Assembly: GCA_016748015.1 (NCBI GenBank)
Contig: JAAOMT010000299.1
Location: 977,924 to 1,041,923, forward strand
From: Geosiphon pyriformis uo1
Lineage: Eukaryota; Fungi; Glomeromycota
DNA: 64,000 nucleotides
Direction of reading: 5' to 3'
The notes under the pieces were generated by a model. The model was not told the DNA's origin. It made no database searches and was given only the letters and a program-made list of their open reading frames with translations. Both the position numbers and the translations under genes were made by a program. Shown piece by piece: positions 43,501 through 54,600 of this stretch; within the stretch, counting starts at the first letter, position 1; every line of letters begins with the position of its first letter.

Positions 43501-46500
43501 TCTAGGAGTAGTTTAGCGAAAAGAGGGATTAATATAAGAGGAGGAATAATTGACATGGGATATGTAGAAAATATCATCACTATGCTACAAAATGACTCAG
43601 AAAAGACCTATATAATAAAGCCCAACAAAAAGATAGCACAGGCAATATTTCTGCCTTTGGTTAGAGTAGCTCAGTTAGTATCAGTGGAAAAGAGGGAGGA
43701 ATTAGGAATAACAGCAAGAGGAATACAGAGATTTGGATCAACAGATAGAATAGATATACCAGTTAATATGGCGAAAGAAAAAATTGTTGGCCAAGGAGAA
43801 ATTATCTCAACCAGTCAAGCTATTTTCATTCCACCATATAACCAGTACATGCTAGCAATAGAAAGGAAAGAAAAAAACCAAGCACAAATTTTTGAAGCAG
43901 AAGCCAATCTTTGTGAATTAGGAGAAGTTGGACTCATCAATCTCCACATACCAGCCAAAAATTACAGCCACATCAAAATTCCCATCTATAATAACACAGG
44001 AAATGTCATAATAATACCAGCCAGAACCATTATTAGATACTTAAACACTGAAATAGAGGATCAACCACCAAACCCCATTCCAGACTTTCCACAACTTTGT
44101 GAATATGTTGATATCACATCACAAACAATATATGGACAAAGTGAATGTTATTTGCTCTAACCAAAACAATTGGAACAAATGAACATGGGAAACTTAGATC
44201 CACTTCAACATATGCAACTCAAGATGTTGCTCAACCAGTTCAATGACATCTTTGCCAGCGAAAATGAGTTTGGCCAAATTGACATTATCCAGCATCAGAT
44301 CAAGACTAGAGATGCAATGCCAATTAAACAAAGAGCATACAGAGTGCCACCAGCCAGCCACAAGATTATTCATCAAGAGATAAACTGAATGCTTGACAAT
44401 GGGCTAATTCAGCCATTAATGAGCCCATGGTTATCACCAGTGGTACTCGTCCGTAAGAAAAATAGAAAGATCTGATTTTGTGTAGACTACAGGAAACTCA
44501 ATGGTATAACTCGTGGAGACAGCTATCCAACTCCACAGATACAGGAATTATTCAATGCTTTTGGCAGGAACAAATGGTTCTTAACATTAGACTTAGACAG
44601 TGGTTATTGACAAGTAGCCATGAATCCAGCCGACAAAAAAAAGACAGCATTCACCACTAGAAAAGGAAATTTCGAATTTGAAGTGATGCTGTTTGGCTTA
44701 ACCAATGCTCCAGCCACTTTCTAATGGCTAATGAAAATCGTTTATACTGGCTTATTGTGGAAATCAATAGTTGTATACCTGGATAACACCAATGTGTTCT
44801 CAAAAACATTCAATGATTATCTTCATCATCTTCAACAAGTGTTTGAAAGACTAAGAAGAGCAGGACTAAAGTTAAATGCAATGAAATGCTTCTTTGGCAA
44901 AACAGAATTAAAATTCTTGGGACACATAGTCAGTAAAAATGGCATCAAAACAGATTCAGAGAAAATAGAGATAGTAAAGAACTTTCCAGTACCAACCAAT
45001 GTAACTGAATTAAAATCATTTTTGGAATTCGCAAGCTATTATTGACGCTTTATAAAGAACTTTTCAAAGATAGCTCAACCACTCAATAATCTGCAAACCA
45101 AGAATACCAAATATGAATGAACAGAAAGTCAACAAAAAGCTTTTGATATTCTGAAAAAAAAGCTCATTTAAGCTCCAGTACTGATCTATTCAGATCACAA
45201 CAAACTATTCATCATTACCACCGATGCATTCAGCCAAGCATTGGGAGCAGTACTATCTCAGAAGAAACCCGATGGCAGAGAACATCCAGTAGCATATGCC
45301 AACCAAGGTCTAACACCAGCCAAAAAGAACTATGAAACACCAGAATTAGAACATTTAGCAATCTATTGGGCAGTCATGAAGTGGAATGAATACTTGAGCC
45401 AAAAGTTTAATATATACATGGATCATAAAAGGTTAACGTCACTTCAAAAGCAAGAATTTGATGACAGCCACCAATCCAAATAGAAAATAGCACTATCACA
45501 ATATACTTATACTATACACTATAAGAAAAGAAAAAACAACAGAAATACCAACAGTTTGTTGCGAATAAGACAAATCTAAGGACATTTCAACCCAAAAATA
45601 TAACAAAACCAGAACAATTCCAACAAAAAATACAACAAAAGATGAACATACAAAAATATCAACAACTTCAACATTATATAACCACTCAACAGTTCAAGGA
45701 GAATTTATCTCAAATGAAACTAAAGAGTATCAAACAACAATCAAAATATTTTATCACTCACCAAAATATACTTTATCGGAAAAATAAAAAAAATCCAGAT
45801 CAACCAATCAGAGTAATTACAGAGCCAGACAAAGAGACAATATTATTTAACATGCACTTAAATCTAACAGCAGGACATTTTCATAAAGAAGCAACCATAG
45901 AAAGAACCAGAAAAAGATACTATTGGTCATCAATGTATCCAGACATCATCTAATATGTTCAAAATTGTAATGCTTGTCAGCAAAGAGGAGGTATGAAATC
46001 CAGTGAACTGTTAAAACCAATCAAAGTGGGACAACCATTCGACCATATTGGAATTGATTTAGTCAGACCATTAATAATCACCAGCAGAAGAAACAGATAC
46101 ATAGCAGTAGCTATGGACTATCTCATTAAATAGTCAGAGGTGAAAGCAATTCAAAGAGCGAATGCAGAATCCATTGCCAAATTCATTCATCAGGATTTGA
46201 TTTGTCGACATGGATGTCCAAAAGAATTATTATCAGACCAAAGAACTCATTTTGTGAACAAAACATTAACAGAATTGAGCCAAAGATTCGGAATTAAGAG
46301 ACCACTATCATCACTATACCATCTACAAACCAATAGATTAGTCAAAAGATTCAACAGAACATTGTGTGAAACAATAGTTAAACTCAGTGAAGAAAACCAG
46401 AACGATTGGGATTTGTTGATACCATCAGTACTATTTGCTTATCGGACAATGAAGCAAGATACTACACAAGCAACACTATTTGAATTAGTATATGGTAGAA

Positions 46501-48614
46501 CAGCAACACTACCAGTGGAAATAGAAGTCAGCACATACCCAACTGAACCAATAACAGAAGAGAATTTCAAAAATACATTGTTGAAAAGAACATATGATTT
46601 AATGGAAACATTAGAAAACAAATGACAAAGAGCAGCTGATAACATACAAAAATCACAAGAGAAACAAAAAAAAAGACATGATAACCAATTACCAGATAAA
46701 CCAGTTGAATTCAGGATTGGAAACAAAGTACTACTACATCATACCAAAGCAGAAAAACAATGGAGTGGAAAATTTGATCCCAAATGAGATGAATCATTTC
46801 ACATAGAAGAAATTCTAGGAAATGGAGCTTACAAATTAAGATTAGATAACAAAATTTTAACCAAAACAGCACATGGAGATCGACTGAAATCATATCATAA
46901 CATCACACTACTATCTACCAGTAATATTCCACAATTAGGAGTACAGAAAATACTAGTCTAACCAGATGAGATTCCACAAGATCTGGAACCAATCATTATT
47001 ATTGACAACAACACGTTAAATTAATCCATTAAAAGAATATATAAAAACATGATAAATATGACAGAAAATATCAGAAAAATGGAAATTACAGACAACATTC
47101 ACTCACTAGCACAACAACTCTTTCAATTAATCCAACACCAGGAAATGGAGATTACAATCAATCAACAAACCATTCAATATCAAGATACTAGAAAGACATT
47201 GCAACTCAGAACACAGAAAAAAACTGAAAATACTATGGACAAAATCATTGTAAAAGTAAAATTAGCAATAAAAAAGTCGACAAAAGAGTCACTATATCAA
47301 GAGTTGACTAAAAAAACTTGGAATTGATAGATACAACAATTTCTATGAAACTATTGTTATTTTTACTTGGGACAACACGTAAATATCCAGAATCTATATA
47401 TGGATAAAACAAAGTGATTATTCGATAAAAGAATATTACAACAATTAGAACATTTTGTGGGAAAGAACAACTTATCCACACAGGCCTGAGCTATATACCG
47501 AATACACACAGCATTTCAGGATAGACCAGAAATATTGCTCAGCAAAGCAATGGATATGGTTACCAGTAATCAATTGAGAAAGATCACCAATGCTCAATTT
47601 GAAGAATTACAGACCCAAATAACACAAGTAATTCTCAAAAACGAAATCCAGGAAATACTTCAAGAGGGGGAATTAAATGAGTTGGATTTTGACAAAGTTC
47701 AATATTAAAAGGAGGAAATAATGTTACTTATAGAAATATAGGAAATATATTAGCATGATTATTAGCCAATCAGAAGTAGACATAATAAATGTGGAATTCC
47801 AGGATTCCTCTCAGGAATTGCAGAATTCCAGGAATTTCAGGATTCCCTATGAGAAATTGCAGGATTCCAGAATTCCAGGATTCCTCTCATAAGAATTGCA
47901 GGATTTCTCTCATAGAAATTGCAGGATTCCAGGAATTCCAGGATTCCTGTCATAAAGAATCGAGGAATTGAGGAATCTCAATTATGTATATATAGCAGTA
48001 GTGTTAGAAACAGGAAAGACAGAATCAATATGACAGAATTCTTAGCCCAAAAACACAATCATCAAATAAATAATTATTTCATATCTCAATCCATTCCTCA
48101 CTATCAACACTTTATGTTGATAGTAATTAATACTTAACCACACTGGAACAATAGTTCTTGATCACGGCTATTGACGGAATACTAATCTACAAATCACTTT
48201 GGCTTATTTTCTTTAGTTTATTTTCTTTTCTTTCTTTCTTTTCTTTTATTTCTTTGTGTTGTTTTGTTATTGTATACTAATTGATTAAAAGATTAAGCAC
48301 TGAGTTATTGATGTCAAGAATAGCCTGGTAAAAGACCCAGAAATAAGGGTAAGATTTTATATATTATTGGATAGCTTACCAGAAGGGCATGATTGCCAGA
48401 TTAAATCCAGCCACCATACTAAGAAAGAAATTGGGAAAACTCTTGGAAAGATACATCTACTATTGACACTATTGAATCTCTGTCCATTATACAAAAAACT
48501 CTATCAAAACCTTCAAATATAATACTTACAGAACATTATCAATGGAAGTAGCTTTTGAGCACCAAGTTACAGGTTTGTTATTCAATTCAACAGCAGAAAT
48601 AATTACCTGTAACA
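28596..48614 (+). mobile_element. Full-length degenerate Ty3/Gypsy element A, interrupted by element B at 32229-42100
   Basis: LTRs 28596-29463 and 47722-48614. TSD TTGG at 28592-28595 and 48615-48618. PBS TGGTGCTTCCTGTGAGG 29466-29482; PPT AAAAGGAGGAAATAA 47707-47721. gag 29526-31300 with CHYCGKQEHIQIDC knuckle; PR 31635-32183; dUTPase from 43354; RT ~44300-45050; RNase H 45241-45579; IN 45642-~47020; ORF3 47049-47708. Confidence 0.95.
32229..42100 (+). mobile_element. Full-length degenerate Ty3/Gypsy element B with its own LTR family, nested in A
   Basis: 979-bp LTRs at 32229-33207 and 41122-42100. TSD ACGT (32225-32228) / ACAT (42101-42104). PBS TGGTGCTTTCTTACAG from 33210; PPT GAGAAGGAGG 41109-41118. 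gag 33256-34750 (CHYCRIAGHWKRDC); PR LILDSGSTGS; dUTPase DAGYDL...GTQGFGSTG (36403-37248); RT; RNase H 38582-38857; IN 38904-~40290; ORF3 40434-~41110. Confidence 0.95.
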
Positions 48615-49043
48615 TTGGCTTTATTTTCTGTATTTTTTTTATTTTTTTTATTTTCTTTTGTTGTTTTTTGTTGTTTACTAATTGATTAAAAATTAAGCAC
48701 TGATTTATTGACATCAAGAATAGCTTGGTAAAAGACCCAAAAACAAAGATAGAGAATTCAGAAATTAAGAATAGCTTACCAAAAGGGCACAACTACCAGA
48801 ATAAACAGGCCACTATGTTGAAAAAAAAAATTTGACAGAATTGTAATTTTAGGAGACTACTGATAAAACAATTATTAAATCTTTGTTTATTATACAAAGA
48901 ACTCAAACTCAAAATCTTTAGATTAATAAAACCTTCAGATTACAAAAACTTTCAGAGATTATTATCATCATATTAGCTATTAAGCACCAAGTTACAAATT
49001 TGTTATTTGTTTCCAGATTCTAAATAATCACTTGTAACAGTGG

Positions 49044-49520
49044 TTTACAAGAGATTTGTGCTGAGAAATTGGTGTACAAAGGCTGTTATGGCTCTTAATA
49101 AAAGAAAAAAACTGTTTTTACTGTTATTAAATATGTTAAGCAACTGATAAAGTTATATTATTTAAAGTTATGACTTATAAAATTTAGATATAAAGTAAAT
49201 ATAAAAAAAACTGGACTGGTCAAAGATAATGGTTTGGTGTTAAATTTGTTTTATAATATGTGTGTTGTTAGATAAAATGATTTAGTTACTTGGTATTATT
49301 GAATTTTTTATAGTTGGTTTTGGTAGATACAGACTATGTTCTTTTTTTCTGATTAAAATAATAACATATATGTTCATATAGATGTGTAATATTGTTTTGT
49401 CTGGCTTAAATAATTGGTTATATGTAGTAAAAATGTGAGTTGCATTTAGTTTAAGCCACTTAGTCTGGTTCTATATACTAAATAGCAATTGAACTGCACT
49501 CATAAAAATAATAAAAAAAA
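49044..49520 (+). mobile_element. LINE 3' end (continuation of 26840-28163)
   Basis: 3' UTR motif TTGTTTTGTCTGGCTTAAATAATTGGTTATATGTAG at ~49392-49427 is shared with the other LINE copies; A-rich tail at ~49503-49520. Confidence 0.65.
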
Positions 49521-49869
49521 ATATTATTTTAATAAGTTAATTAATTAGATGAATTATAACACATTAATAATAAGTAATACTAAAACCAAAAAATGTTTGA
49601 AGAAAAACATTTCTAAATGCAATTTTTATTTCTATCTATCACAATCCTAGTATAATAATACTTTTCTAAATGTATTTTCTATAAATGCATACTTTTTTTA
49701 TATATGCTACAAATTTAAAACTTAGAACTAAGTATACACTTTCTATATTCGGCATGTGCAAATAATTCTGAATACTTTCTATAAATGAATGCACATAATA
49801 ATGACCAATTAGAAGTTTCCGATTGTTTGTTAAATAATAATATAGCATTAGATCTAGTTTAGATTATTT

Positions 49870-50020
49870 TGATTGACTTGACGGCTAGTCACGTGTAAAA
49901 AGTGCAGAGTTTACATTTACTGTGAAACAATATCTATTTTATTTTCTTTAAATGTATACTCTCTCTAAGTGCATGAATATTGGTCCCAAGGGCGTGCACT
50001 TATAGAGGTACCGCTGTAAT
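49870..50020 (-). ncRNA. Candidate Fanzor omegaRNA scaffold / structured right end
   Basis: Two adjacent long hairpins directly 3' of the Fanzor ORF: 49961-49973 with 49995-50007 (12/13 bp) and 49906-49919 with 49949-49962 (13/14 bp). Confidence 0.45.
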
Positions 50021-51556
50021 TGTACACTTTGGACCCTCCGATTCTTTGGATGTTGCACATTGACTACGAGTCTTAAATGTGTAAGCTTCATTCTGGATAA
50101 TAAAACGAACCCCTAATTCCTCGGCCTTGCTGATCAGGCGATAATGCGCCCAACAAAGCATTTTCCGAACAGTTTTTTTGTATAATCTTTCTTGTCCTGC
50201 GATTCACCATGTCCGACGCTTCAAAAGGAGGAATGACAATGGCATCGAATTCAGGAGTAAAGAATCTAACCAAATGTCCGTTGAATTTACTTTGCAGACG
50301 TATAAATTTTCGTCGCATCCTAAAAATGCCTTATCGAGTCGCCAGGCCATTTTATTCTCACGTTTTGAAGACACTAATTACTTATCCTTTTTGCAGATGA
50401 GATTATCTAAGTACTTGCAAATGCGATCTATACGTCCAATAAAATGTTCGCCAATCTTGCCTACGCCTCTTGTGTGAGAGTACCTGTAAAAGCTGTTTGG
50501 ACGCCAGGATCAATAGATTGCACGAACCGAGCCATTTGCTTGAGTTTTGCGGAGCTGTTTTTGGGTCTCGTATACCGGGCCAAACTTCTACTCATTAGTT
50601 TTGGGTTTGTATGTGAGCTTGCTATATGAAATTATCTTATGAGAAATGGACCACCTATTATTATGCCTCTTTTTTTTTTTGAAATGATGAGGTCACAAAC
50701 CACGCTTAACATTATTTAGATTGGTGGTAAGGTTATAACGATTTGTGGTAAACATCGATGGGCTATAGAGATAACTGACATAGAAACAGTTCCATTTGAA
50801 TTTCGAAAAATTCTGTGCACGAATTGTCATCGTTTGACGCAGATCTTTCGAGATCGAAATGATAGAAAGTGTGCTGATAGGCCTTGCCGATTCGCATTAG
50901 ATTTAATTATTCTTCCCTACCAATCAATGCTTCGTCAATTACCTCATCAATTATATACGTGGGCGCTTTGGCGTGCTACATTCCGAGACACACAACAGTT
51001 CGCTCACCCCACATTGCAGCTTTTGGTCATGGTGTTCATTAGCACCTTTTCCTGCCCGAACATTTGTTTAAAGCTTAAGTTTATCTTTGATGGATTGAGG
51101 CTTTATCTAAGCCTGTTGTGAAGAACCGATATGGGAATTATGGTATAAAAGCGGCGGTGTCGAGTCCAGCAAGCAACAGTATTATAAGCAAATCTCGTCA
51201 AGCCCAACCCCCACTTCAATAGCTACTTTTAAAGATGGTCCGGATACACCTTGATTAATAATGTACGGTTGAGAGTATCTTTCCTCTGACATTTGCGACA
51301 GGCTGCTGTCGCTTTCCCCTTGCGCTTTTCATCTGTCGTCGATTTTAAGCGGCTCTTCTTCCCTGCACGCGGCAGATAAAGACTGTGTTGATGGTAAGAA
51401 GTTCATGGTCGTCGAAGAGAACCACAAGTTTTGCAGAATGGTTGAAGGCAACCGTTTAAAATTGATAGTCATTATTTTCATCGGCACATAGTTTATCCTT
51501 AATAAATTACGATGACTGATCATGACAAGATTATTAAAAAATTTTGATTTCTTCAT
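50010..51556 (-). pseudogene. Fanzor2 / IS607-type TnpB RNA-guided endonuclease pseudogene (frameshifts and stops; RuvC-III not visible)
   Basis: Manual minus-strand translation gives the motifs in the expected order: RTLLIKVYPDHL*K*LLKWGLGLTRFAYN (51267-51181); HFLSFRSRK (~50870-50845); VQSIDPGVQTAFT (RuvC-I, DPG at 50503-50511); GKIGEHFIGRIDRICKYLDNLI; FDAIVIPPFEASDMVNRRTRKI (RuvC-II); KTVRKMLCWAHY; QNEAYTFKTRSQC (EAYT 50078-50089); IGGSKVY (GGSKVY 50022-50039). Confidence 0.9.
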
Positions 51557-51606
51557 TAAAAATTTCCTTTGCTTATGAAAAATTTTCTTGATCTTTTGTA
51601 AACACG

Positions 51607-54600
51607 ATGGCCCTAGACAAGAAGTCGGCTTCAGAACAGGCTTCAGAGCAAGCCCCAGTACAAGCGCCAGTACCTAGTTTTCTGGTTGATCTTTCGAAGC
51701 GTTCAAGCCTTGAAAAAGGTCAAACGGAAAAGGAATTATCTGCAGTTGAGCTAGACGAACCTAGTTTCAAATTGACAATCAATCTTCCCAACTCTCAACT
51801 AAAAACTTACGTTTTTGTAAGAAATCTTTATTCATTTGGGATATTTCCTGAGTTCATTCAATGTTGAGAAAGCTCACTATTACTCGATTTTAGGCAAATC
51901 CTAGCGAATTAGTTCAAGAAGTTCGACAGTTCATAATAGAATCACCAGACACTTGCTCATATACTTGCTTCTACTTAAATTGGAAAGGTAGACGACTGAA
52001 TGATTATAAGGAGTTACAGGAAGAAGGAATTACGCAAGACTCGGAACTAGATCTCGTCGAAGGTCTTTTTTTCAACCATTTTATATCATTGCTAATGACA
52101 AAAGTTCAAATATAAAACTATATTCTTGTTTCAGATGTTTATACTGAGCGTGAAGCTCGTATCCATTTGATTCATCTACGGGAATTACTTGCTGGTCCAT
52201 TCAAACAAGATACATCTTATGTTGGGATTGATCCAGGATTATCCTTCTTAACCGCAGTCACTACCCTTCATGGTACGTAAGTTAAAATACCAATCCTTGT
52301 ATGCCTTATTTTGATTATTGTATGCAAAACAAAAAAATCGCAGGCAACACCCATATAAACGGGAAAGATACCAAGAAATCAATAGATGAATCTGCGCCCC
52401 TCGGAAATTCTTCCAGGACCCCATTCACCGGTTATGAATTTGGCTCCCCTTCTCTAGCTAAATTCATTCCAGAAAATTTCCAGCGAACACCGGTAAAATG
52501 TGTAGAAAGTTTATTTCTTTCTGGTTGGAATCCTGTTCCATTTGAACGTCGATCCAGAGGTAAATCTTTATTTTTTCATTGTCTTTCACCCTTCTGACTA
52601 TTAATCCTTGAAAATTCATAGGTGATTTACTCTATCTAAGTGTTACAACGCTAGAAGGTGACACTCAACATATCACTGCAGCCACCAATGGATTTTTTGT
52701 AAATAGATCAACAATGTCGGATTTTGATCCAAGTCCACAAGTAGATCCTGAAAAGTTTCATGCCCACTCCCTTATAACCCTCATCCAAAGAGTTTCCCCT
52801 GCATTTATGAAAAATTTCAAAGCTTTACAAGAATTCGTCGGCCGTTTTCATATATTCGAGACAATACCTGTGAATAATTGTATACCAGCTTACCCATGGG
52901 TGGTAAAACCATCGAAGCACTTACATGAACTGAGCCGTGCGGATGAAATTTATCTTAATTATGGCACTGATGCAATTGACTCATTTCGAGATTGGAATGA
53001 CGAATTTCAAACTCAGCGTGAATATCCAAGAATAGAACTTAAAGATCGAGTTTTGCGTGAAAGATTGCTTAACAAAATTCAAGCTGATTTTACTGAAGGT
53101 GCAGTCAAAGGCGCAATTGCAGTAGTTAATGGTAATGCTGTTCCCTTCAACCCAAGGGATCCGGAGGAAGAGCATATGTATGTTTATAATAATATATTTT
53201 TTAGTAAGGCTTTTGATACCAGAGGAAATTTTGTAAATCTTGGGGGCAATGATGCCGCCCATGTAGCAACTGGAAAGGACTTGGAAGGAATCCGGAAAAT
53301 GAACTCAATCGATATTGAAGGACTTTATACTTTAGGATGTGTTATTATTGATTACAAGGGAACGAGGATTGTTGCCCAGACTATTGTACCAGGTATGCTC
53401 GAGCATCAATTCTTTGAATATATAGTACTGGAGGGCATTTAATTTTAGTGCGAACAAAGGGAGTATAGTATCACAGTCTTACCGAATATAGGAATCCAAC
53501 TTCGTAGAGTATAGCCTATTTTAAGTCACAGCTATATAAGTATTTTGCAAACCTTCCTTCACTCGAATAACGATACCCTCAATCCAAGTCCAAAGGGACA
53601 ACTGCCCCAATTCATGCCGATTGGATTGAATGAAACCGGCATATTACATCGCTAGTATCGTATCGTGATCCTTCCAGTACAGCATCTTATGGTACGATAC
53701 GATACTGGCTTGATGCTCAATACGAAACTGATTTTTTAAAAAAATTTTCCACAACTTGATTCCCCTTCTCATTTATTTTGATCGTAATTTTCAGGCATCT
53801 TTCGGCGTCAAGATGATTCGATTATTTATGGATTCTTTGATAATGGCCGAGATGAACCGCGGCTCTGTTCTGATCCGCAGTTTCATGATATTCTCGGCAA
53901 AGCAGCTAAAGCTTTACACATTGCTGAACACAGGTTTTTGTTATTGTTTCGGGTAATTTCCTAAATATAACTTCTTGATAACTAAGTTTCTTTTTTTCTC
54001 GATGCTTTTTTTAGTGTGAGTGATGCCAAAGGTAAAACTGTACGTCTTTACACATCTCTCGAAACCAAGGTATACCCTTAATTAATTTCATCCAAATATA
54101 TACAACTAGATCAATAATTTAATTTAAATCTAAAATTGAGGTAATTTTATTCTTAGGGCTTAATGGGAGATGACGGTCGTCGGTATCTGTTTGATTTGTA
54201 TCGGTTGAACCCAATTGATATTGAATTTCAAGAGCGTGAGTGTGTAGAAAAAGAAGGTAGCCAAATACCACCTTACCCCCACAAATTAACTCTGCTCAGA
54301 CCAGAATTGATTGAATTTTTCTGGGAACATAAGTGCCGAGTATGGGCTAAAGAAAAAACTTTGAATAAACAAAAGGTATCCACCCAAATATAACTATTAA
54401 TATTGTATCATTCTCAATATCAGATTATTAAAATTTCAAATACATTTTACGAAGCAACAACAAGAGGGCTCGCTCGAGACTTCCACTATCACTAAAGAGG
54501 TGAAAAATGATGAATTTGATTTGGCACTCAATCCTGATTCATTCACCGAGTACAAAAAGCCTGCAGGTGAGGAGCATGAGGCCCAACAAGCAGTGGATGA

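Larger units (their letters stand above)
28164..49039 (+). repeat. Solo A-family LTR split by element A (28164-28595 + 48615-49039)
   Basis: Starts TATTACTCATA (TG>TA) and ends TGTAACA at 49039. TSD GTGG at 28160-28163 and 49040-49043. The two halves join into one LTR. Confidence 0.85.

Noticed and set aside
47049-47708. ORF3 as an env gene
   Set aside because: Short and hydrophilic, with no signal peptide or transmembrane segment visible.
50834-51121. Plus-strand ORF as a possible IS607 resolvase
   Set aside because: No serine-recombinase motif; it is the antisense of the Fanzor N-terminal region.
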